Assembly: GCA_964418975.1 (NCBI GenBank)
Contig: CAYQNV010000172.1
Span: forward strand, 24,301-88,300
Source of the DNA: an uncultured bacterium
GTDB lineage: Bacteria > Eisenbacteria > RBG-16-71-46
Length of the DNA stretch: 64,000 bases
Direction of reading: 5' to 3'
Under the pieces are notes generated by a model that saw only the letters and a list, made by a program, of their open reading frames with translations, was not told the origin of the DNA and made no database searches. Made by a program: the position numbers and the translations under genes. This document shows positions 9,107 through 19,030 of this stretch, in pieces (the stretch's first letter is position 1; every line of letters starts with the position of its first letter).

Positions 9107-10963
9107 GTGGCAGAAGAGCTCGAAGGACTCGGCGACTGGCGGCGCAGCCACACGTGCGGGGAGCTGGCGCGCGCCAATGCGGGGGCGACGGTGACGTTGA
9201 TGGGCTGGTTGCACCGCTCGCGCGACCACGGCGGCGTGCTGTTCACCGACGTGCGCGATCGCTACGGCCTCACGCAGGTGGTGTTCCACCCCGAGACCGG
9301 CGGCGAGGCGCTGTTGGACCGCGCCTCGCGGCTCGGCAACGAATACGTGATCGCCGTGCGCGGCGTGGTGATGGAGCGCCCGGCCGATGCCATCAACGTG
9401 GACCTCGCCACCGGCACCATCGAAGTAGACGCGCGCGAGCTGAAGCTCTTGTCGGCGTGCGACCCGCTGCCGTTTCAGGTGAACGAGGAGCACATGCTGG
9501 CGAGCGAGGATCTGCGCCTGAAGTTCCGCTACCTGGACTTGCGCCGGCCGGAGCTCTCGGCGCTGCTGGCGCTGCGCCACAAGGCCGCCGCGGCCGCGCG
9601 CAACTACCTATCGAGCCAGAGCTTCTTGGAGATCGAGACGCCGCTGCTGGTGAAGCCCACGCCCGAGGGGGCACGCGACTACGTCGTGCCGAGCCGCGTG
9701 CACCACGGCAGCTTCTACGCGTTGCCGCAGAGCCCGCAGCTCTACAAGCAGACGCTCATGATCAGCGGCTGCGACCGCTACTTCCAGCTCGCGCGCTGCC
9801 TGCGCGACGAGGACTTGCGCGCCGACCGGCAGCCCGAGCACACGCAGATCGACCTCGAAATGAGCTTCGTCAGCGAGGACGACGTGTTCACCGCCGTCGA
9901 AGGCCTGTTCGCCGCGATGTGGCAGGAGACGCTGGGCGTGAAGCTCGCCACGCCGTTCCCGCGCATCACCTACGACGAGTCCATGCGCACCTACGGCAGC
10001 GACAAGCCCGACCTGCGCATCGGCCTCACGTTCACCGACGTGACCGCGATCTGCGCCCAGTCCCCGCGCAACGTGGTGGCGAACGGTGCCAAGGCGCCCG
10101 GCGGCATCGCCGTGGCCATGACGCTGCCCGGCGGCGCCGAAATCAGCGGCACACAGCTGCGCAAGTTCGAGGACGTGGTGAAGACGGCCGGTGCCGGCGG
10201 GCTCACGTTCTTCAAGGTGCTGGCGAGCGATCGCGAAAAGCAGCAGGTCATCTTTCCCGACGGACTGCTCGACGAGTTCCTGGCGAAGGTCGGCGCGAAA
10301 GACGGCGACGCCGTGGTGTTCACGAACGGCCCGTGGGAGCGCACGTGCAAGGCACTCGGCGTGCTGCGCTCGCAGCTGGGACTGTCCGAGCTGGAGAAGA
10401 AGGGACTGCTCGGCAAGTCCGGCCACGAGCAGGACTGGCGGTTCGTGTGGGTGCGCCAGTTCCCGCTGTTCGAGTGGAACGACGAGAAAAAGCGCTGGGA
10501 GCCCAAGCACCACATGTTCACCATGCCGAATCCCGAGCATCTCCAATACCTCGAGACTGACCCCGGCAAGGTCTACGCACAGCTCTACGACGTGGTGCTG
10601 AACGGCAACGAGCTGGGCTCGGGCTCGATCCGCATCCACCGCCCCGACATCCAGGAGCGCGTGATGAAGGTGGCGGGACTCACCCAAGAGCAGGCGCACG
10701 AGAAGTTCGGCTTCCTGCTGGAAGCCTATCGTTACGCCTCGCCGCCGCACGGCGGCATCGGGATCGGGCTGGACCGCATCATCATGCTGTTGGGCGGCCG
10801 CGACTCGATCCGCGACGTAATCGCGTTCCCCAAGACGGCAAGCGCCACGTCGCTGATGGACGGCTGCCCGAGCCCGGTGGAAGGGGAGACATGGCGGGAG
10901 TTGGGACTCAGGCCGGCGGAGGGTGCGGCGGCAGCGGCCGGCGCGGCGAACCCCAAGGCCTGA
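9107..10963 (+). CDS. aspS: Aspartate--tRNA ligase (bacterial type).
   Basis: GTG at 9107 follows RBS AGGAGA. The OB-fold N terminus, GAD insertion and class II core (..[13 protein letters not shown]..) are present. Confidence 0.9.
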   Translation: MAEELEGLGDWRRSHTCGELARANAGATVTLMGWLHRSRDHGGVLFTDVRDRYGLTQVVFHPETGGEALLDRASRLGNEYVIAVRGVVMERPADAINVDLATGTIEVDARELKLLSACDPLPFQVNEEHMLASEDLRLKFRYLDLRRPELSALLALRHKAAAAARNYLSSQSFLEIETPLLVKPTPEGARDYVVPSRVHHGSFYALPQSPQLYKQTLMISGCDRYFQLARCLRDEDLRADRQPEHTQIDLEMSFVSEDDVFTAVEGLFAAMWQETLGVKLATPFPRITYDESMRTYGSDKPDLRIGLTFTDVTAICAQSPRNVVANGAKAPGGIAVAMTLPGGAEISGTQLRKFEDVVKTAGAGGLTFFKVLASDREKQQVIFPDGLLDEFLAKVGAKDGDAVVFTNGPWERTCKALGVLRSQLGLSELEKKGLLGKSGHEQDWRFVWVRQFPLFEWNDEKKRWEPKHHMFTMPNPEHLQYLETDPGKVYAQLYDVVLNGNELGSGSIRIHRPDIQERVMKVAGLTQEQAHEKFGFLLEAYRYASPPHGGIGIGLDRIIMLLGGRDSIRDVIAFPKTASATSLMDGCPSPVEGETWRELGLRPAEGAAAAAGAANPKA

Positions 10964-11049
10964 GCCCGCGGCCGCTCGGGGAGCTCGCAGCCGGCGCGGT
11001 CGGGCGATGTTCGCCATCGCAATGCTTTACACACGAAAGGAGCCAGGTC

Positions 11050-11421
11050 ATGGAACTGGGTGCGTTTTCGATCAGCTTGGCCGTCAAGGATCTTGAAGCA
11101 TCGAAGGTGTTCTATGAAAAGTTCGGCTTCACCGTTTTTGGCGGGGATGCTTCACATAATTGGCTGATCTTGAAGAACGGCAATCACGTACTTGGTCTTT
11201 TTCAAGGGATGTTCGAGAAGAACATCCTCACTTTCAACCCCGGGTGGGACAGCAACGCACAAAAGTTGGGCAGCTTCACAGACGTTCGCGATCTGCAGCG
11301 CAAGTTGAAAGCCCAAGGCGTGAAGCTGACGACTGAGGCAGATGAGAATACGACGGGGCCCGGCAGCCTTATGGCCGTGGACCCAGACGGAAACACGATT
11401 CTGGTCGATCAGCACGTGTGA
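11050..11421 (+). CDS. VOC (glyoxalase / bleomycin-resistance / dioxygenase) family protein.
   Basis: 124 aa. Local GC is about 50% against about 70% genome-wide. RBS AAAGGAG upstream. Confidence 0.7.
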   Translation: MELGAFSISLAVKDLEASKVFYEKFGFTVFGGDASHNWLILKNGNHVLGLFQGMFEKNILTFNPGWDSNAQKLGSFTDVRDLQRKLKAQGVKLTTEADENTTGPGSLMAVDPDGNTILVDQHV

Positions 11422-11816
11422 GTGTGGTGCCACCGGTGAGTAGCATCGTCGAAGCGGAGCTGATCAGTGCTGCAAACGCATGGGACCGGGCCATGGTCGC
11501 AAACGACCCGGAGGCGATCGGGCTGTACATGGCTGACGACTGGATGATCATCGGGCCGGATGGCCGCGTCGGAGACAAGGCGACCTTTCTGGAGTTGGTG
11601 CGATCGGGGAGCCTGACTCACGACGTGATGGAATCTCACGAACTGAAAGTTCACTTTTACGGCGACACCGCCGTTGTGACCGGACGAGGGGTGTCCAGTG
11701 GACGGTGTCAAGGGCAGTCCTTCTATTTGGTAGAGCGGACCTCGTGCGTCTTTGTCAGGCTGCGAGATCGCTGGGCATGCGTGTTGACGCACCTGTCGCA
11801 GATCGCAGAACAATAG
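11418..11816 (+). CDS. SnoaL-like / DUF4440 (NTF2-fold) protein.
   Basis: GTG start overlaps the VOC stop. About 130 aa NTF2-like pattern (..[28 protein letters not shown]..). Confidence 0.55.
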   Translation: MSVVPPVSSIVEAELISAANAWDRAMVANDPEAIGLYMADDWMIIGPDGRVGDKATFLELVRSGSLTHDVMESHELKVHFYGDTAVVTGRGVSSGRCQGQSFYLVERTSCVFVRLRDRWACVLTHLSQIAEQ

Positions 11817-11901
11817 AGGGTTGCCGCCTACCTCCGGATGGACCCGCCATCCGCGGCGCGGCGTGCCCAGGACCGGGTTCGCATCGCAGAACTGGTAGTG
11901 A

Positions 11902-12420
11902 ATGACGCCCAACTCCTCCCATCGTGGGAGTCCCATGGACGCAGAGACCGCCGGGAATGATTCTGATCGGATGGTGACTCGGGCATACTGCGACGCCGAT
12001 TGGCCAGCGGTCTGTGCCATCCACGATCGGGCGCGGCCCGACGAGCTGCGAGGCTCGTGCGATACGCGTGCCTTCGTCCCGCTGGCCGAGGATCAGGGCG
12101 ACACCGAGAACTTCCGGCGCTCCCGGAAGGTCGTCGCCTGTCTCGAAGAGAAAGTGGTCGGGTTCGTCGGCGTCGATGGGACGTACCTCTCCTGGCTGTA
12201 CGTCGACCCCGCCTTCTACGGTCAGGGAATCGGTCGACGATTGCTCCGACTCGGTGTCCAGCTCATCGGCCCCGAGGCATGGACAGTGGCGCTCGAAGGG
12301 AACACTCGCGCACGGCACTTGTACGAGAGCGAGGGCTTTCGGGTGGTGAACACCTATCCGGGCGCGAACGCCGGGTATCCATGCACCTGTGTGAAGCTGA
12401 GATTGTCCGCGGCTCGCTGA
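11902..12420 (+). CDS. GNAT family N-acetyltransferase.
   Basis: Acetyl-CoA binding region ..WLYVDPAFYGQGIGRRLL.. The true start may be an internal Met. Confidence 0.7.
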   Translation: MTPNSSHRGSPMDAETAGNDSDRMVTRAYCDADWPAVCAIHDRARPDELRGSCDTRAFVPLAEDQGDTENFRRSRKVVACLEEKVVGFVGVDGTYLSWLYVDPAFYGQGIGRRLLRLGVQLIGPEAWTVALEGNTRARHLYESEGFRVVNTYPGANAGYPCTCVKLRLSAAR

Positions 12421-12460
12421 ACGAGCAGCATTTTCGACTCTCAACCGAAGGAGGCGCACC

Positions 12461-13045
12461 ATGACGCAGCGGTCGTTGTCACTCAGCGTCGCGCTCGGCC
12501 TGTCGTGTGTGCTCTGGAACGGTTCGGCTACCGCGGAGCAGTCGACGCCATTGTCGCCGGCGCCATCCACCGTGCAAGACCTCTATGTCGAGCCGTCTGC
12601 AACACGCGCGCTCCTGCCCGGCGAGAAGGTGGCGCACCTTCCCGACCTGGTGAATCCCGATCAACCGCCATTCTGGGCCTTCGCGGGTTCGGACGACTTC
12701 GCCTATTACGAGGCCAACCTGGAGCAAATGGCCAAGCTCGACTGGGCGTACCTGCACGGCGGCCACGGCAACATCGGCGCCAGGGCAGATGTCGAGTTCT
12801 ACCGGATGTTCCTTGCCGACCTCAAACAGGCGGTGGGCAAGGCTCTGGGCGAGGTCGCGTGGGGCACGGGTGTGGACGCCGCCAACGTCAACGCCCACAC
12901 GCCGTTCCTTCCCGCCTGGCTGAATGCGGTGTCCATGAATGCCACGGCCTCGTTGCGTCCGAAGTACGGCGGCTACTACGGTTTCGAAGCCGCAACTCCG
13001 CGCAACGCTGAAATGGTGGCAAGGTCGATGTTCAGCTACAAATGA
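12461..13045 (+). CDS. Hypothetical secreted protein.
   Basis: Signal peptide MTQRSLSLSVALGLSCVLWNGSATA. No family assigned. Confidence 0.45.
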   Translation: MTQRSLSLSVALGLSCVLWNGSATAEQSTPLSPAPSTVQDLYVEPSATRALLPGEKVAHLPDLVNPDQPPFWAFAGSDDFAYYEANLEQMAKLDWAYLHGGHGNIGARADVEFYRMFLADLKQAVGKALGEVAWGTGVDAANVNAHTPFLPAWLNAVSMNATASLRPKYGGYYGFEAATPRNAEMVARSMFSYK

Positions 13046-13072
13046 CCTACCGAACGGTGGGCTGCCACCGCC

Positions 13073-13182
13073 ATGAACCTCGCGAACGCCAAGATCGCGC
13101 AGTTGCTCATTCCCGTGGAGTTCGCCGACCCCGACGGGAATCAGCTCGCGCTCATGAGCGAGGTCGCGCTCGAGAGTGCGTG
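13073..13182 (+). pseudogene. 36-codon remnant of the C terminus of a VOC/glyoxalase protein.
   Basis: MNLANAKIAQLLIPVEFADPDGNQLALMSEVALESA* resembles the C terminus of the VOC at 11050 (..[15 protein letters not shown]). Confidence 0.35.
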
Positions 13183-13340
13183 ACCGAGCGTGTCCGTCCT
13201 TCGATCCGCACGCACGTCATGCACCGCTCGCACGACGATTGTGAACGGAGCGCTTCTTCGGCACACTCTCGCCTCACGATGTTCATTCGACTGATCGATG
13301 TTGTCGCAGTTTCCCATCTCGACTTCCGGGGCCTCGCACC

Positions 13341-14447
13341 ATGATCAAGTTCATGCTGTTCATTGACGGCACGTGGTTGTACTCCAACACCTCCCGGTTG
13401 GTCGGCGCGTCGGGCGAGCCCGGCTTCGTGCTCGACTTCGGCAAGCTGCCGCAGGTGCTGGCCGAGGAAGTGGGACGCCGTCTCGGCCACGACGAGTGGA
13501 CCGTCGTGCGTACGCACCTGTTCGGCAGCTACGCGGCCAACGTGGACCCACGCGACCTGGAGCCGGTGGAACGACGCCTCAACTTTTTCACCATGCTTCG
13601 CCAGCAGCACCACTACGAGGTCGAGGCCTTCCCTGTCGATTTCCGGGGCAAGCGGTTGCGGCGCATCGACCGCGACCCGAACGACCTGTTCGAGGCCAAG
13701 GAGAAGTGCGTCGACATCGCGCTCGCAACGAGCATGCTGTTCAACGCCTCCATGGCCAACGCCTACGACGTGGCCATTGCCGTGATCGGCGACCAGGACT
13801 TCAAGCCCGTGCTGCAGAGCGTGCGACGGCTGGGCAAACGCGTCGCCATCGCCAGCATCAATGGCGCCTGCTCCGGCGAGTACTCCGACCCGGCCGACAA
13901 AGCGCGCGTGCGTGACGTGGAGCTCATCTGGCTCGAGGACCTGCTGCCGCGGCTCGCACGTCGCTACGACCCGCACGTACTCGAGTGCCAGTCCCCGAGT
14001 CACAAGGGCGAACGTCGCGTCGAGACCACGTACTACCCCAAGCGCGGGGAGAAGTTTTACTGCCCGGCGTGCCGCGAGGAGTTCCAACGCCAACGTGACA
14101 CCGGCGCCGTGGGCACACCCACGAATGGCGGCAACGGGGGTGGCAACGGTGGCGGCAATGGCAACGGCCATGGCACGAGCGAGCCGATGACGTACGCGCC
14201 CACCGACACCACGTTGATGGGCGTGGTGAAGCACAAGCGCATGGACAAGAGCTACGGTTTCATCATGGTGGACGGCTGCGGCACGTACGACGGCGCGGAG
14301 TACTTTTTCCACGAGACCGATCTGGTGGACGGCACTCGTTTCGCCGATCTCGCCGAAGGCACCTACGTGGACTTCCAGGTCAAGGCCGAATCCCCCGCTG
14401 GGAAAGCGCCGCCGGCCCGCAACGTGCGCCGGCGCGTCGCGGTATGA
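13341..14447 (+). CDS. NYN (LabA-like) nuclease domain, zinc ribbon, GN-rich linker and cold-shock domain in one protein.
   Basis: N terminus MIKFMLFIDGTWLY..DIALATSM..IAVIGDQDFKPV (NYN). ..YCPACREEF.. (Cys ribbon). NGGNGGGNGGGNGNG linker. C terminus KSYGFIMVDG..YFFHETDL..GTYVDFQV (CSD). Confidence 0.7.
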   Translation: MIKFMLFIDGTWLYSNTSRLVGASGEPGFVLDFGKLPQVLAEEVGRRLGHDEWTVVRTHLFGSYAANVDPRDLEPVERRLNFFTMLRQQHHYEVEAFPVDFRGKRLRRIDRDPNDLFEAKEKCVDIALATSMLFNASMANAYDVAIAVIGDQDFKPVLQSVRRLGKRVAIASINGACSGEYSDPADKARVRDVELIWLEDLLPRLARRYDPHVLECQSPSHKGERRVETTYYPKRGEKFYCPACREEFQRQRDTGAVGTPTNGGNGGGNGGGNGNGHGTSEPMTYAPTDTTLMGVVKHKRMDKSYGFIMVDGCGTYDGAEYFFHETDLVDGTRFADLAEGTYVDFQVKAESPAGKAPPARNVRRRVAV

Positions 14448-14983
14448 AGGAGACCGCCGAGGTCCGCGAGGCCGTCGAGGTGCTCGCGCGCACGCCGGCG
14501 CTGCTCGATACGTGGCTGGTGGGGCTCTCGCAGCCGTGGCTCGAAGCCCGCGAGGGCGAGGGCACGTACAGCCCCCTCGACGTGGTCGCGCACCTCGTGC
14601 ACAACGAAGAGACCGACTGGATGCCGCGACTGGAGATCGTGCTGCAGCATGGTGAAGCACAGCCATTCACGCCGTTCGATCGCGAAGGCTTCCGCGAACT
14701 CTTCACTGGCTGGCCGCTCGAGCGCCTGCTGCCGCGCTTCTCGTCGGCGCGCCGCGAGAACCTCGACCGGTTGGTGGAGCTGCGCTTGAGCCCCGTGGAC
14801 CTGAACCGCACCGGCATGCACCCCGCGTTGGGTCGCGTGACCGTGCGCCAGTTGCTCGCCGGCTGGGTGGTGCACGACCTCACGCACCTGGCGCAGGTGG
14901 CGCGCGTGATGGCCAAGCACTACACCGACGCGGTGGGGCCGTGGCGCGAGTGCATGGGCGTGCTGGGCGACCGCGTTCGCTGA
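14444..14983 (+). CDS. DinB-family (DinB_2) metal-dependent protein.
   Basis: H..H..DLTHH-type His triad (..VAHLVHNEETDW..VVHDLTHLAQ). ATGA overlap with the upstream gene. Confidence 0.65.
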   Translation: MKETAEVREAVEVLARTPALLDTWLVGLSQPWLEAREGEGTYSPLDVVAHLVHNEETDWMPRLEIVLQHGEAQPFTPFDREGFRELFTGWPLERLLPRFSSARRENLDRLVELRLSPVDLNRTGMHPALGRVTVRQLLAGWVVHDLTHLAQVARVMAKHYTDAVGPWRECMGVLGDRVR

Positions 14984-15035
14984 AACCCGGCGTCCGAGTT
15001 GCCGCCACGCACCGCGCCCGCGCAAGCTGGGCGCC

Positions 15036-15863
15036 ATGAACGTTCCGGAAGATCCGCACCGCCCGCCGCCTCCGCCGACGGAGATCGAGTTCGACGAGCC
15101 GCTCCCCGGCTACGTGCCGCCCGATCCCGACGAGCCGCCCCCGGTGGAACTCTGGCGAGCGGTCGGCGACGTGCAGCCGTGGGGCACGATGCTCGTGCTG
15201 TTTCCGTGCGCGGTTTTATTCTTGCTGATGGCCGTGCGCGGCGAACTGGGGGATCGTGATGCGCTACTGGCATGGGGCGCCAACGCGACGCAGCTCTCGC
15301 CGGGCGACACCGCGTGGCGACTGCTCGCCTCGACGTTCCTCCATTCGGGTCCGGGACATCTCTTCTTCAACGCCACGACACTGCTGATCTTCGGTCCGGC
15401 GGTGGAACGCGTGTTCACGCGCCCGGGGTTCTGGATCGTGTACGGCACGGGTGGCGCGCTGGCGTCACTCGCGAGCCTGGCCTGGCGAGGCGCGCGAACG
15501 CCGGAGCTTTCCCTCAGTGTCGGCGCCTCCGGTGCGATCTTCGCGCTCGGGGGCGCGCTCATGGTGGGCGCGTTCCGGCTGCGCGAGCGGCTCGCGGTGG
15601 GACGTGCGCGTTCGCTGGCCGCGGCGGTGCTCTACCTGGCGGGCACCGGGTTCGCAGCGGGCTTCGCGCGCCACGCCACCGACAACGCCGCCCACGCGGC
15701 CGGGCTTCTGGGCGGCGCGCTGGTGGCCGCGCTGCTGGGACTGAACCCGCGCCTCGAGGGCCGCGGCGCCGGGGTGATCACGCGCATCGTTGCGGCTTTC
15801 GCGGTACTTGCGCTCGGGGTCTCGCTCGCGATCGGCGTGCGCTCGGGCTTGGCGACGCCCTAG
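15036..15863 (+). CDS. Rhomboid family intramembrane serine protease.
   Basis: GASGAIFAL (GxSG), FLHSGPGHLFFN and NAAHAAG motifs with six or more TM segments. Pro-rich N-terminal extension. Confidence 0.75.
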   Translation: MNVPEDPHRPPPPPTEIEFDEPLPGYVPPDPDEPPPVELWRAVGDVQPWGTMLVLFPCAVLFLLMAVRGELGDRDALLAWGANATQLSPGDTAWRLLASTFLHSGPGHLFFNATTLLIFGPAVERVFTRPGFWIVYGTGGALASLASLAWRGARTPELSLSVGASGAIFALGGALMVGAFRLRERLAVGRARSLAAAVLYLAGTGFAAGFARHATDNAAHAAGLLGGALVAALLGLNPRLEGRGAGVITRIVAAFAVLALGVSLAIGVRSGLATP

Positions 15864-16645
15864 TTCCCGCCTGGTCGGCCTTCGCGCCTTTGACGGTGCG
15901 CGAGGGCCAGTGTTCCATCGCACGCAACACCCATCGCCGTCGCCCAGGGCGCAGCCTCGCACGGTCACTGACCGTCTTCGCCTTCGCGCTTTCCCTGACA
16001 ATCGCGATCCGCTCCGCGCTCACGATGCGCTTGTGCTCGCGTGCGCAGCACGTCGCTTGTCGCGCATCGGGCGCCAGTGCGTGTCGGGGCACCGGCGCCC
16101 TTTCACCTGCCCGGTCGCGAGCAGGCTGCGCGCATCGCCCGGTCGGGCGAAGTTATTCCCCGGGCCTCCCGGAGCCCGGGTTCTGGCGAGACCCGTGCGA
16201 TCGCTGCACCGTGCAGCGCTCGGCGCACGACGCGCGGGCCAAGTTCAGTCCGTCACGACATCGGGTTCGCCGAACACGATCGGGACCTTCCTTTCCCCCG
16301 CGGGGCCGACCCTCTCGACCGTCGCGGCTGGCTCGCCTTCATGAATGAGATGCCGTTGCCCACTCGCACCAGGTCCCGGTGGTGCGTGTCGGGTCCGACT
16401 TCCGACCCGACTCGTGGGGGGGATGCGGTGAATCATGCGACGTTGGACGGACGGATTCAGCTATGTGTTGACGAGCCGCGGCTGCTCGCGCACCGGCGCG
16501 GACGCGGCCGCCCCCAGCGCGGCCCTCGCGGCCCCCTCAACCCTCCACGCACTCCGGCCGATGACAGGCGAGAGACTGCAGCGCCGGCCAGCTTGATCGC
16601 CGGCCGCGAGGGCAGTCGCCATGAAGCGCCAGCGGAGGCCACGCC

Positions 16646-17056
16646 GTGAATCTCGTTCGACAGCATCCTCGACCGGCGGGAGCCGCACGACTCGTCCCGA
16701 CGCCCGCGGAGATGCCGTCCGCATGGAAGACCGCGTGGCCGTGGCTGTTCTGGCTGCTCTGGGGCGTCTGGCTCGCCGTCTCGGACCTGCGTAACGACGA
16801 CATCCAGCCCGCCGTGGTCCGGTTGATGATCGGGTCTCTCGTGCTGGGCTACGCCCGACCCAGGACCTGGTGGCTGTGGTCGCTGGCGCTGGCCGCGTGG
16901 GTGCCGGCCGAGCCGCTCGTCGCGGCGATCTTCCGCATGACGAGCACGTTCCAGAACGACTTCGCCGGTTGGTTCCTGCCGCCGTTGCCCGCGCTGATCG
17001 GCGGCTTTCTCGGTCGCGGCATCGCGCTGGGCGTGCACTCGCGTCGCAAGAGCTGA
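16646..17056 (+). CDS. Hypothetical small membrane protein.
   Basis: Trp-rich hydrophobic segments. Start uncertain; an internal Met near 16712 is possible. Confidence 0.3.
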   Translation: MNLVRQHPRPAGAARLVPTPAEMPSAWKTAWPWLFWLLWGVWLAVSDLRNDDIQPAVVRLMIGSLVLGYARPRTWWLWSLALAAWVPAEPLVAAIFRMTSTFQNDFAGWFLPPLPALIGGFLGRGIALGVHSRRKS

Positions 17057-17125
17057 GCCCGCGAGGCTCAAGCAAACGCCCGCGCGTCCTCACCGGCGCG
17101 CGGGCGTTCGAATTGCGAGCAAGCG

Positions 17126-18211
17126 TTAGCGCGACTTCGTGCGCGTCACCGCGGCGTTGGCCAACACCGCCACGCCGCCCGAGCCGGTGTCCACGCGCAC
17201 GCGGCCGGTGCCGCTGCCGATCGTGCCACGCAGGATGCCGTGGTTCTTCTCGTCCACGGTGAGCGGCAGCTCCGAGCGGATCCCGCCCGAGCCGGTCTCG
17301 ATGTGCAGGCTCGCGGAGAGGTCGCGCGGCACCGACACGCGCACGCTGCCCGAGCCCGTGTCGATGTTCAGGTCCGGCGTGCGGTTCAACATGCCCACGG
17401 TGACGGCGCCGGAACCGGTGTCCACCTTGGCGCGTTTGGCGTCCACACGATCCAGCTCCACTGAGCCCGAGCCGGTGTCCACCAACAGGTCGTCGGTCAC
17501 GATGTCGTCACCCGTCACGCTGCCCGAGCCGGTGTCCAGGTGCACGCTGCTGCCGCGCACGCCACTCACGCGCACGCCGCCCGAGCCCGTGTCCACCAGC
17601 AGCTGGCCCGAGAAGTCGGTCACTTCCACGCCGCCCGAGCCCAGGTCCAGCGTGAGCACGCCACGGCAGCCCACGGCGCGCGCGCCGCCCGAGCCGCCAT
17701 CGAAGCGAAGTGTTCCGTCCACATTGTGGATGTCACCGCTGCCGGCCAGTGTGTAGACCGAGACTTTGCGGCCCTTCGGCACCTTCACCACCAGGTCGGT
17801 CCACGCTTCGGTGCCGGTGCCGCTGCCCTTGACGGTGATGCCCAGATCGAAGAACCCGAGTGAGTTCATCGAACGACCCCAGGTGCCGTCCTTGCGGATT
17901 TTCGACGTGGTGTTGGACCAGCGGCCCATGGGTGGGTACACGATGCGCCTGCCGGGGTAGAGCACGCGCAAGGCGGAGTGGTCGCCGATGGGGTCGTCGC
18001 TCACGGTGAGCTGGCCGGCATCGCGGCCCGCGAGCGTCACCGTCACCTCCACCGTGCTGCCGGTGGCGGGCTCGATCCGCACTTCGCCGGCGGGGTTCCA
18101 GATGGCGACGTCGTCGCCGGTGAGCGAATAGGTGCGGGCCGCGGCGTCCGGCGCATGGAGGGACGGCAGCAGCGCAAGCGCGCCGATCGCTGCCAGATGG
18201 CGGAGGGTCAT
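17126..18211 (-). CDS. DUF4097 (putative adhesin / beta-strand repeat) secreted protein.
   Basis: Signal peptide and repeated TGSGSV / DTGSGG motifs. Divergent from the ECF sigma gene. Confidence 0.7.
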   Translation of the reverse strand: MTLRHLAAIGALALLPSLHAPDAAARTYSLTGDDVAIWNPAGEVRIEPATGSTVEVTVTLAGRDAGQLTVSDDPIGDHSALRVLYPGRRIVYPPMGRWSNTTSKIRKDGTWGRSMNSLGFFDLGITVKGSGTGTEAWTDLVVKVPKGRKVSVYTLAGSGDIHNVDGTLRFDGGSGGARAVGCRGVLTLDLGSGGVEVTDFSGQLLVDTGSGGVRVSGVRGSSVHLDTGSGSVTGDDIVTDDLLVDTGSGSVELDRVDAKRAKVDTGSGAVTVGMLNRTPDLNIDTGSGSVRVSVPRDLSASLHIETGSGGIRSELPLTVDEKNHGILRGTIGSGTGRVRVDTGSGGVAVLANAAVTRTKSR

Positions 18212-18437
18212 AGGTCACCTGTCCGGTAGGGGTACGAGGGGAGCGCCCGCTCGGGCGGGCGTCATGGAACTGTAGACGGCGCGAAGGCACTGCGGGTTGC
18301 ATCCGGGCTTCCCAGCCCGCTCCGGGCGGACGCGGGCCGCGCTGGTCCGAGGCCCCGCAGCGCAGGGAATCCCGGGCTCGCCGCCGGGGCCGAGCCTGTT
18401 CCAACCTAATCAGTGCCCCGGCGGTCCAATCCGCTGA

Positions 18438-19013
18438 ATGTCCGCCACCCTGACCTGGCATCCGACCTTGACCCTGGAACGACCCGCCCTGTCCCAGAGC
18501 CTCGAGACGAGCGACGTTGCGCTGGCCGCGCGAGGAGACGCGCAGGCCTTCCGTCGCCTCTACGAGGAGAACGTGGGCCGTGTGCACGCGCTGGCGCGTC
18601 GCATGGTGGGCTACGAGCACGCCACCGAGCTCACCCAGGATGTGTTCGTGCGCGCATGGCAGAAGCTGCACACGTTCCGGGGCGAAGCAAAATTCTCGAC
18701 CTGGCTCCATCGTCTGGCGGTAAACCTCATCCTCAGCCGTCGCGCGTCACTGGCCACGAATCGCGCGCGCTTCCTGGCCGACGACCAGGTGATCGAACGC
18801 CTGGAGTCGCGCCCGGGCGGGCGCGAACATGGCATCGACTTCGAAAACGCCATCGGCCGGCTGCCCGACGGGGCTCGCACCATCTTTCTGCTGCACGACG
18901 TCGAGGGTTACCGCCACGCGGAGATCGCGGGGCTGCTCGGCGTGACCACGGGCACCACCAAGGCCCAGTTGCACCGCGCTCGCATGTTGCTGCGCGGGCA
19001 TCTCGAGGCTTGA
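18438..19013 (+). CDS. RNA polymerase ECF-type sigma-70 factor.
   Basis: Region 2 (..FRRLYEENVGRVHALARRMVG..DVFVRAW) and region 4 (..YRHAEIAGLLGVTTGTTKAQLHRAR). Confidence 0.8.
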   Translation: MSATLTWHPTLTLERPALSQSLETSDVALAARGDAQAFRRLYEENVGRVHALARRMVGYEHATELTQDVFVRAWQKLHTFRGEAKFSTWLHRLAVNLILSRRASLATNRARFLADDQVIERLESRPGGREHGIDFENAIGRLPDGARTIFLLHDVEGYRHAEIAGLLGVTTGTTKAQLHRARMLLRGHLEA

Positions 19014-19030
19014 GCGGAGACGAAGGAATC

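Noticed and set aside
9154-11017. Long alternate-frame ORFs overlapping aspS (9154..10560 on + and 9608..11017 on -).
   Set aside because: aspS is unambiguous in another frame. These ORFs are Arg/Ala-rich with no motifs.
12461-13045. A possible metallo-beta-lactamase-like C-terminal half (..LHGGHGNIG..) in the secreted protein.
   Set aside because: It is a single weak motif and the protein is too short for an MBL fold. It is called only as a hypothetical secreted protein.
13152-14666. A 504-aa minus-strand ORF across the NYN-CSD and DinB genes.
   Set aside because: It is antisense to two motif-supported genes and low complexity.
16245-16436. A 63-codon minus-strand ORF (..HLIHEGEPAATVERVG..KVPIVFGEPDVV) in the otherwise gene-less gap.
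   Set aside because: It has no recognisable family, no RBS and is short. It may be a gene remnant, but that cannot be supported from sequence alone.
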